Below, piece after piece: positions 51,462 through 63,500 of a stretch of DNA of 64,000 bases. The notes under the pieces are model-generated. The model was not told the origin of the DNA. It did not search any database and saw only the letters and a list, made by a program, of their open reading frames with translations. The position numbers and the translations under genes are program-made. Origin of the DNA: Selaginella moellendorffii (lineage: Eukaryota; Plantae; Lycopodiophyta); contig NW_003314300.1 in NCBI RefSeq assembly GCF_000143415.4, forward strand, positions 1,347,014 through 1,411,013, written 5' to 3'. Every line of letters begins with the position of its first letter. Position 1 is the first letter of the stretch.

Positions 51462-52358
51462 CTATCTAGTAGCAGTAGCAGCCTGATCAGGGGTGTTTGT
51501 GTTTGCCAAGGAACTTAACAAATCACCAACGCCAAGCGTTGGCCCGAGGCTGCACCGATCTGAGTTGTGTAGTTGTATCGCATCTCTCAGCTTTTGTAAC
51601 TGCAAGAACAAAGCATACCACCTTAGAGCGAAACGAAAAGACGCTAGACACCCTGTCTTACCTTGGCCAATGAGCAGGAAAAGGCATCAACACGACCCTC
51701 AGCCCCCCGGTAAAAATGGAAATAAGGCAACACTTTGATGTCTAGGCGCTTGCACATCGGCTTGTTCTCCTCAAAATTCACTTTGATGAACTCTATGTCT
51801 CTGTGTTCCTCAGCAAGCTTACAAAGCTGTGCGAAAACAGAAAAAGATTTCTGGAAAATGGACGAGCGAAAGGTTAAGCATACCTTGGGATAGAGAGCTC
51901 TGCAAGAACCACACCATGTCGCGAAAAACTCCACGATGACAAGCTTGTCTCCAACACTCCCAAGCGCATCGATGAACTCCTGCGTGGAGTGGACGTCCCT
52001 CATGTTTGGACCGCCGTCCTTCTCCCACCACTTAACTCCATCGTCGGGTCCTCTCGCGGCATTCACCTGGAAAAGAGAAAACAAAGGATAAAAACTATAC
52101 CAAGTCCACCCACACACAATCAGACAGTACCTTTAATAGCCGAGATCTCGTCCTTCGCTGCCAGCAGCACTGCAGGAGCTCCAATCTCTGGCCCTGCAAC
52201 GACGACCGATCCAAGCGCAACGAGCGAGTCCAATTGCGATGCGAATTGGACCGGGCAACTAGGCAACAATGCGACGACGACGATACTGGCGCGGCGGAAG
52301 ACGAGCAAGACGCCGCCACTGGACAAGGCAATAACGCCGCGACTAACCGATCTGCCAT
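51462..52358 (-). CDS. Atypical Cys/His-rich (Lilium-type, ACHT) chloroplast thioredoxin, multi-exon
   Basis: Ser-rich transit-like N-terminus, KWWEKDGGPNM, WCGSC active site, KVLPYFHFYRGAEGRVDAFSCSLAK|LQKLRDAI..RCSLGP. Confidence 0.92.
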
Positions 52359-52928
52359 GGCCGAGGACGAATCGAGCTCCCTCGCTCACCTCCTCTTCCT
52401 CGTCGCGGCATTTGAAAACCCTAATGTGGCCCATTGACATCAAAGAACACCTCATTATAGCGAAATAAGAGACTTCCATACATAACAATGCCAGTAAACA
52501 ATTTAAAGGAGACTTCCATTCTATAGTGTCGGCTATAGCATCATCCACCATTCCAATCCAATTTCCAGAGCTCGCTTCTTCTCTTCTTCTTCCTCTTATT
52601 TTTCGCTTGAAAAAAAAAAAAAAAAAACCAATCACAAGATCCAATTGACTACTTCTTACTGGGATCTTTCTGAGATTGCTAACGAATTCGATCCAAACTC
52701 GTAGGCTCCTAGAACAGAGAACACGACACAAGCGCATTAAGTATGAGCGATCTTACTTCACTGCTCTTACCACTGCCAAGTTAGTTGAAACGTTGATTCT
52801 GGAAGCCCCGGACGTGTTCTTCTGGGTCCCAAAGTCCTTCCTTTGTTGCCAACCATTTGGCGGAGAACATAAAAGTCCCGCCAGCGAGAGCTTTCGAGAA
52901 GCGCCCTGGATCTCCTCTCCACTCCTCA

Positions 52929-54317
52929 ATGATGATCCTGTTACTGCTGCTGCTACTGTGCTGGATTTCCGATGCTTCTCCCGTTGCTACTGCTTCGATC
53001 GATGCCAAGTTGGTGCTGCGAGACTCCGCCGCTCGAGGCGGAGGGATCGGATTCAAAGCCATCCATGTCGCAGCACCTCAATTCCGAGTGAAAGCCAATC
53101 CTAGCCCCAGCTCCGCTGCTCAAAAGTCTCTTTTTCCATACTCCGCTCACATCTTTCAGCAGCACACGAAGAACCCCGCGGCCCTCCGGAGCTCCACCAC
53201 CACTCTCGGACGGAAATTCGGTGAGTACTACACGAGTATCAAGCTCGGCTCGCCGGGCCAGGAAGCCATCCTCATCGTCGACACGGGCAGCGAGCTGACT
53301 TGGCTCAAGTGTCTGCCTTGCAAGGTCTGTGCTCCTTCAGTAGACACCATCTACGACGCTGCTCGCTCAGTCTCGTACAAGCCAGTCACCTGTAACAACA
53401 GTCAGCTATGTTCGAACAGCAGCCAAGGAACTTACGCTTACTGCGCTCGAGGAAGCCAGTGCCAGTTCGCTGCCTTCTACGGAGACGGGAGCTTCAGCTA
53501 CGGGAGCTTGTCGACCGACACTCTCATAATGGAGACAGTCGTCGGAGGAAAACCTGTAACTGTGCAGGACTTTGCTTTCGGCTGCGCACAGGGCGACTTG
53601 GAGCTCGTTCCGACTGGAGCGTCTGGTATCCTGGGCTTAAATGCTGGAAAGATGGCTCTTCCAATGCAGCTCGGCCAGCGGTTTGGTTGGAAGTTTTCTC
53701 ACTGCTTTCCCGACAGGAGCTCGCACTTGAATTCCACCGGCGTTGTTTTCTTCGGGAACGCAGAGCTTCCTCACGAGCAAGTTCAGTACACGTCCGTTGC
53801 TCTCACAAACTCCGAGCTCCAGAGGAAGTTCTATCACGTAGCACTGAAAGGAGTGAGTATTAACAGCCACGAGCTTGTGCTCTTACCACGGGGTTCCGTT
53901 GTCATTCTCGACTCTGGCTCCAGTTTCTCAAGTTTTGTGCGTCCTTTCCATAGCCAGCTGAGAGAAGCATTCTTGAAACATCGGCCGCCGAGTCTCAAAC
54001 ATCTCGAGGGAGATTCTTTCGGTGATCTCGGCACATGTTTCAAAGTTTCCAACGACGACATTGACGAGCTTCATCGGACTCTTCCATCTCTGTCCCTGGT
54101 TTTCGAAGACGGAGTTACGATCGGAATCCCGTCCATCGGTGTTCTTCTCCCTGTTGCTCGGTACCAGAATCATGTTAAGATGTGTTTCGCGTTCGAAGAT
54201 GGGGGACCGAATCCCGTTAACGTCATTGGGAACTATCAGCAACAGAACTTGTGGGTCGAATACGATATCCAAAGGTCGCGAGTTGGATTTGCCCGTGCAA
54301 GCTGTGTTATCGATTAA
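52929..54317 (+). CDS. Secreted A1 aspartic protease (nepenthesin/TAXI-like)
   Basis: Signal peptide MMILLLLLLL, IVDTGS and ILDSGS catalytic motifs, GNYQQQN; intronless. Confidence 0.95.
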   Translation: MMILLLLLLLCWISDASPVATASIDAKLVLRDSAARGGGIGFKAIHVAAPQFRVKANPSPSSAAQKSLFPYSAHIFQQHTKNPAALRSSTTTLGRKFGEYYTSIKLGSPGQEAILIVDTGSELTWLKCLPCKVCAPSVDTIYDAARSVSYKPVTCNNSQLCSNSSQGTYAYCARGSQCQFAAFYGDGSFSYGSLSTDTLIMETVVGGKPVTVQDFAFGCAQGDLELVPTGASGILGLNAGKMALPMQLGQRFGWKFSHCFPDRSSHLNSTGVVFFGNAELPHEQVQYTSVALTNSELQRKFYHVALKGVSINSHELVLLPRGSVVILDSGSSFSSFVRPFHSQLREAFLKHRPPSLKHLEGDSFGDLGTCFKVSNDDIDELHRTLPSLSLVFEDGVTIGIPSIGVLLPVARYQNHVKMCFAFEDGGPNPVNVIGNYQQQNLWVEYDIQRSRVGFARASCVID

Positions 54318-54550
54318 AGAACTTAGTAAACAAGAAAAAGATGATAACAAAAATGCAAAGCAAAGCTTACGAGCACATATCCCAATTAGGCCAGCAGATG
54401 TTGCGTTGCGTACACGGGACCACCAGTACTAACAGGAAGGAAGCAAGCACGTTTTTTTTTTTGGTGCAATCACTCCCAACAGCTAAGTACGGGTTGAGCA
54501 GCAGTTTGCCAATTTGTACAAACAAAATACAGAAACCAAAAAATGATCTC

Positions 54551-56523
54551 TTACAAGTCTTTGAACAGTTCTTGCTCTTCCGCTGATAGCTCGAATTCAT
54601 GGTGCATCGGCTCCAGTTTCGAATAGTCCTCAAAATTGCTTGTATCATCCAAGCCCTGCAGTGTCCATGCATAGATCGTACCGAAGTCTAAATGAGAAAA
54701 TAAAGACATACCGCTACTTTCGGCCTTATTGGCGGAGTGTCTTTTTTAGCAAGGACATTGTCCCACTTCACGTTCGCAAACCAAGAATGATTTTTTATTT
54801 CATCCACACCATCCTTCAGACAGCCAATCCTGTAAAAAGACAATGTAAGCGTCAACGGAATAATGAGTGCTTGCAGTACCGCTTGGTGAGATCTGCAGTG
54901 AGAAGCCTTCTTACGAGATCCTTCGCACTGCAGGATGTCTACAATTGAGCTCAATCCTAAAGCGGAAGTGATAGTAGATTAAAAGAAACCTGCCTGCGGG
55001 AAAAGTGTCCTGGAAATTGTAATTTACCCGCTAAGATCTTCTGATATGTTCCAATAGCATCTGCAACAACCATGGCGGGTTTATATGGTACAATGAGTAA
55101 AACTGAAGCGCCATGTATACCGTTTTGATGAATTTATGTGAGTTATTCGAGAGCTAACCATCATCGTAGAATGGAGGATACCCTGCGAGCATCTCGTAAA
55201 TCAAAACGCCAAAGGCCCACCTGAAGGAAAGCTTAGTGAGCTTATGATAATTTGCGAGAGAAAAAAAACTGAAAAACAAGCGTTACCAGTCAACAGGTTT
55301 TCCGTGACCTTTGTTGAGAATGATCTCTGGAGCCAAATAGTCAGGCGTTCCTGTTGCAAAGTCCTTCAAAGAGATAGTTAAAGATAGTTACGGCAAGTTT
55401 GCAAACCACATACCGCATAGAGTATACGTTCTTCTGTCAATTTGCTTTGCAAAACCAAAGTCGGCTATCTTAATGTTTCCCTTCTCGTCAAGAAGCAAAT
55501 TTTCAGGCTGAGTACATCCACATGTTAGAAATATAATCACTAGCGACATACGCACGCAAGAACCTTCAAGTCACGATAGATAATATCCATTCCATGGATA
55601 TGTTCGAAGGCGAGAAGAACTTGAGAAGCATAGAATCTCTGAAAAGATATTAAAAGAAGAACTGAGATGGCCACCACCACTTCAAAATCTTAGACATCAT
55701 TTTCACTTACAGATGTTGCTTCATCAAATCGACCCGTGTGGCGAAGATAAGTAAAAAACTCACCGCTGTTCATCAACACTTGGATCAAACGCTTCTCAGC
55801 TCAAAAAGAAAAAGAAGTTACCCGCAAACGTATTCCATGACGAGGTGGACACATCTGTCGTCTTGGCAATATCCCAGCAGATTAACAATGTACGGGAAGT
55901 CAAGCCTCTGAAGAATGTTCTTCTCTGCCATCACATGAGCAACCTGTGAAAACGATCAGACGCTGAAAGTCTAAATACCAAACAAACAGAAACCACAGAA
56001 CCTGTTTACATGACTAATCACGGAAGGAGTGTTCACATGCCTGCTTTGTCTTGACAATAGACGCCTTTGACAAAGACTTAACAGCACAAACTTGCTTGTT
56101 GGCCTTGTGGTGTGCTACTTGGACGCGGCCAAAGCTGCCAGTCCCCAGGACACGCCCGAGCTCAAACTCCTCGATCTTACACTGCCCAAGCCACACCTGC
56201 AAACCAAAAAACAAAAAAAAAAGAAAAGAAAAGAAAAGAAGAACATCCGATCGGAGGTTTAGAGATTTCCAGAGCCAAAAGAACCAACCTTGGGTTTTGA
56301 GGGTATAACAGGCTTCTCAGCAGCTGCTTTTCTCGTGAAAACTCTAGCGAGCATTGTTTGTCTCTGCATTGGCACACACGAAAAAACTCAATGCCCAGAA
56401 GAACAAGAAAAATGTAGCGAAAACACGAAGAAGAAAAGCTTCCACTACCTTTTTTGGTGCTTCATCCTCACCACCACCCGCGTCAGGATTTTTCTTCGTG
56501 AAAATCCTCGCGAGCATCGCCAT
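54551..56523 (-). CDS. PKAC: cAMP-dependent protein kinase catalytic-subunit-like (PKA-C/PRKX-like), many exons
   Basis: Spliced by eye: [13 protein letters not shown]|[16 protein letters not shown]|[23 protein letters not shown]|[21 protein letters not shown]|[19 protein letters not shown], ending QELFKDL*. Confidence 0.88.
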
Positions 56524-56657
56524 GGCTGGAGATGCTGCTCGTGTTCTTGAGCGTCGAGACGGTGGTTGGTACGCATGCCACGTGAGAGAAGCCTAGATTC
56601 GCCTGGTATATACCTTGCCACGCGAGCTTCGAGCCCTAGGGAGGAAGAACTCCCGCG

Positions 56658-56954
56658 ATGCCTGGAGGAGGAGGCGCGATCCCCAATCCAGATGCGCTAA
56701 TGCGCGCGATCGACAGGGCAATCGCGGCATCGGAGACCCTGAGAGCCAACCGGCAATTGGCGCTGGCAGCTGGGGACCAAACCCAGCTATCGCCGTCGCG
56801 TTCGTTGCGAGAGAAGGATCTCCAGGCCGCGGAGGACGCATTGAAGATGGCCATGGCGCGGCGCGATCCTGCCAAGGCGATTCCACTCCTCCAAGAAGCC
56901 GGGGCGTCCAAGAAGGCCCTAGACAAGATCCACAAGCTCCCTAGAGAGGTTTAG
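56658..56954 (+). CDS. Putative 98-aa small protein / long uORF ahead of POLA2
   Basis: ATG-to-TAG ORF with helical, Ala/Leu/charged composition. TATA-like palindrome GGTATATACC at 56605-56614 and G-box at 56579 upstream. No recognised family. Confidence 0.4.
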   Translation: MPGGGGAIPNPDALMRAIDRAIAASETLRANRQLALAAGDQTQLSPSRSLREKDLQAAEDALKMAMARRDPAKAIPLLQEAGASKKALDKIHKLPREV

Positions 56955-56972
56955 GGTTTTCAAGAAGTCGCG

Positions 56973-59929
56973 ATGGAGGAAGAGATTGGCCGCGTGTTCC
57001 AGGAGAATAATTTCGCGCTGGAGAATGCGGACACCATCCGGCAATGTAAGTGCGCTCCAGTGTAGCTACATTCTCCTCATGATCGTGTTGGATCTTTTTT
57101 CTTCCTTTAGGCGTGTCGCTTTGCTCGAGCTTTGGATTGAAGCCCTCGACTCTAGTGGAGCACTGGGAGGTGTTCTACCTCAACTCGTGAGTTTCTTCTT
57201 TCCTAGTGGTTTTCTCCCTCGCATTATCTGTGAGTAGTGTGTGTGGATCTTCCTTTGTGTGCCTTGCTCATTTCTATTCTTTTGTGAGTGTGTGAATGTG
57301 TGTGTGGATTTCCTTGGATTTCCTTGCTCACTCTATTCTTTTGTGAGTGTGTGAGTATGTGTGTGGATTTCCTTGCTTTTGTTTGTGTGAGAGTGTTCCT
57401 TGTTTGTTCTATTCATCTCTTCTTTTTTTTTTTTTCCGTGTTTATGTTCTCATAACGATTCATTCCTCAGTCTATTCTTCTTCTTATCGTTCTTTGTGTT
57501 ACAAATTGTTTCCCTTTGTGAAAATGAATACTAATGCTTTTATGGATTCAGGCAGCTGGAGAAAAATACACTACTAAACTCTCACATCGACAAGTTTCGA
57601 GTTTTTCTACAAACTCAGCAGCGAAACGATTTCATTCGTGAGCATGGGGGGATGCACATCTACACGAAGGATGATTTGGATACGTAAGAGTGTTCGTGTT
57701 CTCTTTTTTTTCTATCGACGCTTACCTATCACAGCGGGACAGATTCTTCACTGCGGATGCAATGCTTGTGGATAGCAAGACGCCCAACAAAGTGGTAGGC
57801 TCTCGAGAAGCTCAATACATTACGCCGCCGCAACCACGGGTTAAAGTCACTCCCAGACAAGTTCCCAGTCCGACGACGCCTTTCAGCCAACGTACAACCA
57901 AGTGCACTGTCCAGTTTGTTTTCAACGATCACCTTCCCGACGCTAGTTCGAGTGCAGTGGATGATATCCAGCAATCCGAAGATCTGGTTCTACGCAAGCT
58001 GAAAGACGTACGAAGGTGTCAGCTCGAGGAGCTTAGCACTGGGCTCAAGCCAGGTTGCAGATACATGGCTGATCAAGTCGAAAGCAGGGTAATGTTTTCC
58101 CTTATTTCCAGGATCGGTCCTTTTGAAAATTTGTTCTGCAGTTCAACGAACTCGAGAGAAGGATCAAAAAGTTTGTCCAAGCATTTTCAGAATACGAATC
58201 TGTGCCGCTGTCGCAGCATGTTGCCTATGCATCTCAGGTGAGTTACCTGTATGTGATGGCTCCAAGTTTTATCGACGTACGGTTTCAGGAAAAGATTCTC
58301 GTTGTTGGAAGAGTTTGCTACGATACAGAAGAAGCAGATCCCAACGCTGTTTTGCTGGAAGGCAGGTGCGAGCTCCAATTTCGTTTAAGCTTGTTTCACT
58401 AACAAGAGCTTAAAACAGCGTTGAGTACTCTGGGGGGCATCGAGTCCGTTTGGATCTTCGTGAGATAAGCCAGTTTTCACTTTTCCCGGGCCAGGTACTA
58501 GAGTTTCCTTTTATCGTCGCAAAGTGCGATTTTGCATTCCAGATACTTGTGGTGGAAGGACACAATCCGAGCGGGCATTGCCTTGTTGCTAGCCGGATCT
58601 TTTACTCTTTACCACTTCCTCCTCATTCGGCGCCGGATGATAATCCTCTTGCAAAGAGGCAAGCAACAAATCTTACAGTGAAGACCCAGACACCACAACC
58701 GCTACACATGGTCTGCATGGAATGCTTGCAATGAGGTTCACTAATCCTTGCGTTTATAGATTGTTGCGTCAGGTCCTTTTACAACAAGTGACAATCTTTC
58801 GTTTGAGCCTTTGATGGAGTTACTAGCCTACGCTAGGAATAAAAGACCAAACGTTCTATTGCTGGTGAGAGAATTTTATGTAGATGGATATTCATGTGTT
58901 CTACTCTCTCTTTTGCTAGATGGGACCATTTGTTGATGCCGAGCATCCCCACGTCAAGCAGGGAATCACTGATAGAGTTTTATCTCATGTATTTCAAGAG
59001 GAGATAACGACACGGGTTCGTACTCTTTGCTTCATATGTTGCTGTCCACCAATTCACGGTTTCTCAATGTGTAGCTAGAGGATTACTGCCAGTTTCTAGG
59101 AGCAGGGGCGAGGGTTATACTGATTCCCTCCACACGCGACGTGTTTCACGATCGAATTTTTCCTCAGGTACTCTCACCGATGAGTTTCTCAATCTCTTAA
59201 CTTGTTTTTTTTTTTCCTGTTGGCAGCCTCCTTTTAATAGTTTCATGTTTGAAGATTCATCCCAGCAGGTACCTAAAAAATCTGTTTTCTCGGACTAAGT
59301 TTTGGTCGCATTTCCAGATATCTCTACTGCCGAATCCAAGTGTGTTTCGCCTGGATGAGGTATCCATTGGCTGCTGCACAACAGATATCCTTAGACATCT
59401 AAGCAGTGAAGAAGCGGCTCGAAATCCACCGGGCACCTCCAGCGATAGAATGTCGAGGCTGGGAGCACAGCTTGTTGGCCAAAGAAGGTATCAAAGCTTG
59501 CTCCAAAAATCTACCTTAACACTGACTCTTGTATTGCTTTTTGTCCAGCTTTTATCCATTGTTTCCGCCAGCGTTAGGCACTTGTTTGGACCTGGCTGTC
59601 AATCCCAGTGCTTTGGACCTCCCTTGCACGCCAGATATCATCGTTCTATCGTCGGACTTGGTCCCTTTCGTCAAGGTAGAAGTTCCAAGTATCTCACTGA
59701 CGCGATTTTCATGATTTTTCTTCTGCAGTCTTTAAGCTACACGCCTGGTGTGAAGCTAGACGAGTCCCAGCCACGCACAGAGAACCTCACTACGCTGCTT
59801 GTAAATCCCGGTCGACTGGCAAAAGGGGCAATGGGAGGGACGTTTGTGGAAGCTATGGTGACACTGCCAAGCACTCCTCAACTAAGCAGCATTGGAGCTA
59901 GAGCAAAACTTTCCTTCATTAAGATTTGA
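56973..59929 (+). CDS. POLA2: DNA polymerase alpha subunit B, multi-exon
   Basis: GRVCYD..VLLEG, LDLREISQFSLFPGQ, ASGPFTTSDNLSFEPL, GPFVDAEHP, LIPSTRD, LLPNPS, FYPLFPP, TPDIIVLSSDL, VNPGRLAKG. Confidence 0.93.
57230..57400 (+). repeat. ~60-bp tandem repeat (about 2.5 copies) inside a POLA2 intron
   Basis: Repeated tgtgtggatttccttg...ctattcttttgtgagtgtgtga. Confidence 0.75.
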
Positions 59930-60360
59930 CAAGCACAGCGTGGTAAGACTTTGTTTCAAACGATTCGTATGTTCTTAAATGTTTATGCTGAAGGTTATGG
60001 AGGTTGAAAGATATCAGAAGTTTCCTTCTTCCTCATTATCTCGGACACACCTTATATCTTCGCAGCTGTGACGAGGTCCTTAATCTTGCGAATGCAGTGA
60101 ACTGGAAAAGCCTTTGATTGAGCAGCGACTCGAGCTCCTGTACGCGAGCATGCTCGGGAGTTTACTATCATGCTTCTTCTGGAGGAATTAGAAACAAATT
60201 GAAGCAAGCGTTCTCTGGAAGCAAGCGTTTAGCAGTAACTCACACCACTGTTCAAGCTTGGAAGAAACAAAAAGCTATGCTTGTAGTTTAGCTTACCGCT
60301 TCTCTCGTTTTACCGGAGAGCAGCTTTGCTATTTACCACATTGCACCGTTGGAGTTTTCG

Positions 60361-60585
60361 CTACAGCTCGTCTGTAGAGCTCGTTTTGGTTTTGGTGTGT
60401 TGTGTCGTTGGCATTGCAAAAGGAATGGCTGCGTGTTTCTTCACAAACTGGACCAGGTCTTTTAAGTTTGTCTTTGCGTGAGCGGTGATCTGTGGCAAGG
60501 AGTTACACCGAGTTTGTAAAAGGGAATTGGACTTACAGGTTGGTTTTTCTGGCCCGCGGGGTAGAACAAAAATGCTGGATGCAAG
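60361..60585 (-). pseudogene. 3' end (last two exons) of a protein disulfide isomerase, upstream part missing
   Basis: FLFYPAGQKNQP|ITAHAKTNLKDLVQFVKKHAAIPF...TDEL* (KDEL-like). Abuts the end of Copia pol. Confidence 0.65.
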
Positions 60586-60589
60586 GACA

Positions 60590-63500
60590 GGTTGCATACT
60601 CCAAGCACTTCTAGATGTTTGCAGAAAATAATAGGTGGAAGAGCCTTAGTGAATATATCAGCAACCTAGTCCTCAATTGCCATGTACTTTTAAGTGTCAA
60701 CTCTCCTCCCATCACTTGTTCTCTGATGTATGATGTAGTGGTATTTTATTTGTATATGCTTCATCTTGGTGTGATATCTTAAATTCTCATAAAGAGCAAT
60801 CACCAATTGATTATCCTAACTGCATACTCCCTACAAGCTCACGAAGCCAGCTCACCTCTTGTGCTGCCCCTGTCAAAGCTAGATACTCCGCTTCAGTTGT
60901 TAACAAGGCTGTCACAGCTTGCCGCTTGCTGCTCCAAGTTACCACTCCATCACCAAGGAAAAAGCAATAGCTGGATCCCCTGCATTATCTGCATCGGCAT
61001 AGCCTCGCAAAATAAATGCGTGACCAGAAACCTGCCGTTGATAGCTCAGGCCAAAATTAGCAGTGCCTCTGAGATAGCGCAAGATAGCTTGCCAATGTTG
61101 CTAGGCTGGATTCGCCATATACTTAGCCACCTCTCCCACAGAATAAGCAATGTCTGGGCGGGTACAAACGGCCAAGTAGATTAAGCATCCAACTACCTGG
61201 CGATATGGCACAAGCTCAGCCTCACTAGGAGACATCTCAGCAGACAAATGACTACTCGCTTGCATTGGAGTAACAGAAGGGTTGAGGTTCTCAAGCCCAA
61301 ACCTGCGCAATACTTCCTCCACATAAGCTCGTTGTGAGAGTGTCACAACTCCTGGCTGTGGTCGCTGAACTTGAATCCCAAGGAAAGTGTGCACGGGGCC
61401 AAGATCTTGCATCTCAAACTGGGCTCCTAGCTTTCTCTTGATTTCAGCAAGAAGATCTCTGTTGTTGGAAACAAAGATACCATCGTCCATATACAAGGCC
61501 AAAATGACCAAGGCACCATCCTCAATCTTCATATAAACGTTTGAGTTGGCATGGTTTTTCTGGAATCCAAGAGAAATCAGAAAAGAATCAATTTTCTTAT
61601 ACCAGATGCGTGGACTTTGTTTCAGGCCGTATAAAGCCTTCTTCAGCCGATAAATCCTTTGGCTCGGATCGAGGCCTGTCAGGAGCTGGATGTAAACCTT
61701 CTCAGGAATTTCTCCATGTAAAAATGCAGTCTTCACATCCATTTGCTCCACATAAAGATCATAAAGCAAGTAACAGCCTGATAGAAGCCATCTTCACGAC
61801 CGGGCTGAAAGTTTCTGTAAAGTCTATGCCTTCGATCTGAGTAAAGCCTCGTGCCACAATCCTAGCTTTAAAGCGCTGCACTTCTCCTGAAGGTCCAGCT
61901 TTCACGCAGAAAAGTAGCTTTGTCGAAACTACATTAGCATTGTCAGGAACTTCATCAGGAAGATACCAGGTTTCATTTGTTGCATGAGCTCACATCTCAG
62001 CATCAATAGCATCACCCCATGCAGCAGCATAAGGAGATTTCTTAGCTTGTGCAAGCGTAACAGGAATCTTCACCTCTGCTGCTGTGAATATAGCCATTTG
62101 ACTCTGATGTAAGAAGCTCTAGCAGCTGCTCGTGCTCGCTTCTCAGCTTGCTCTCACTGATAAGCTCCACCCTTCGCTGTATAGGTTAAAGGGCGACCAG
62201 AGCAGCTCAAAACCTGGATAAGATCAGGATCTCGGTGATGCACGGGTTCAGGAACCATATCCTCAGGTTCAGGTATATTGTGCTCGGGCTCAGGATCAGG
62301 AACCACCTCAGGAACGTGATCAGGCTCTGGAGCTCGTGTCACAGCAGAGGTTGAAGCCCCCCCTGCAGCTGGAGCATAAGCACAGCCAAGTCGAGGTAGA
62401 GGATCATCCTCCTCATCTTCCCATGGATGAAAGAAAACAGGCTGTGAGCTCGCCCTTACTTTCTCCACAAAGAAAACCTGTAGAACTCCTGGATCCTTGT
62501 GACGTTGAAAATACACATAAGATTCATCAAAGATGACATCTCAACTCACAAACTCTTTTCCCGAGTCTAGATGAAGGAGTCGGTATCCTCGCTGCTCATC
62601 ACTATAGCCCATAAATACACACTTCTTGGATTTAACATCCAATGTCCTGCGTAGTTCATTAGGAACATGAGAAAAAGCTAAACAGCCAAACTGCCATAAG
62701 ATATCCATGTGTGGACGTTGCCCAGTCCAAGCCTCTGGTATCTGAACCTGATATCAAAGCAATAGGTTATATTTTTTTTTGGCACGAGCAGTGCCATAGA
62801 TGCTAAGACAGGATGGCGTTGTCTTCTTCCTCCAGAGACATGGAGCAGTTCGATGAGACAAATTTCCTTGCCTGGAAAGAATGTGCACAGTTCTGGTTTA
62901 TGAGGTGGGGATTTTGGTTTGTGGTATCTGGATTGAGAAAATGCCCATCCAAGGATGATGATGACACAAATCCATACAACGAGTTAATGCACATGCTCGT
63001 GTGGCTGCTGCTATAGACTGTATAGCTCACTGTAACAAAGAATCACGTCCACCATCTTCTTGAAAGTCCACTCCCATAATTTCACAAATTGACTTCCAAT
63101 TCTCAGCAGAACTCTTCTCCACATTCATGTGGACACTGTAGAGAGGGCCAAGTCCTCCTCCTAATGCTCCATTTGCCCTAGCATCCAGGTCTTTCCACTT
63201 GTTGTATGGATCTGTATCATCATTGTCCTTAGACGGGCATTTTCTCAATCTAGATACCATAGGTTAGAATCCCCACCTCATAAACCAGAACTATGCACAT
63301 TCTTTCCAGGCAAGATGATTCATCCTATCGAACTGCTTGGAGGAAAAAAATGATGCCATCCTGTCCTAGCATCTATGGCACTGCTTGTGCCAAAAAAAAA
63401 AAAAAATCTAACCTATTGCTTTGATACCATGATGAGAGAAGCCAAGCCTCATGGCCTAGCACTCTATAGAGAATGAGAACACTCCCCGAACAATCCCCTA

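Noticed and set aside
52120-52737. 205-aa ORF overlapping the thioredoxin 5' end
   Set aside because: Runs through a poly-T tract and the promoter, in a different frame from the real transit peptide.
62240-62335. Short repeats encoding PEP/PDP
   Set aside because: Ordinary low-complexity linker between Copia integrase and RT; not a CRISPR-like array.
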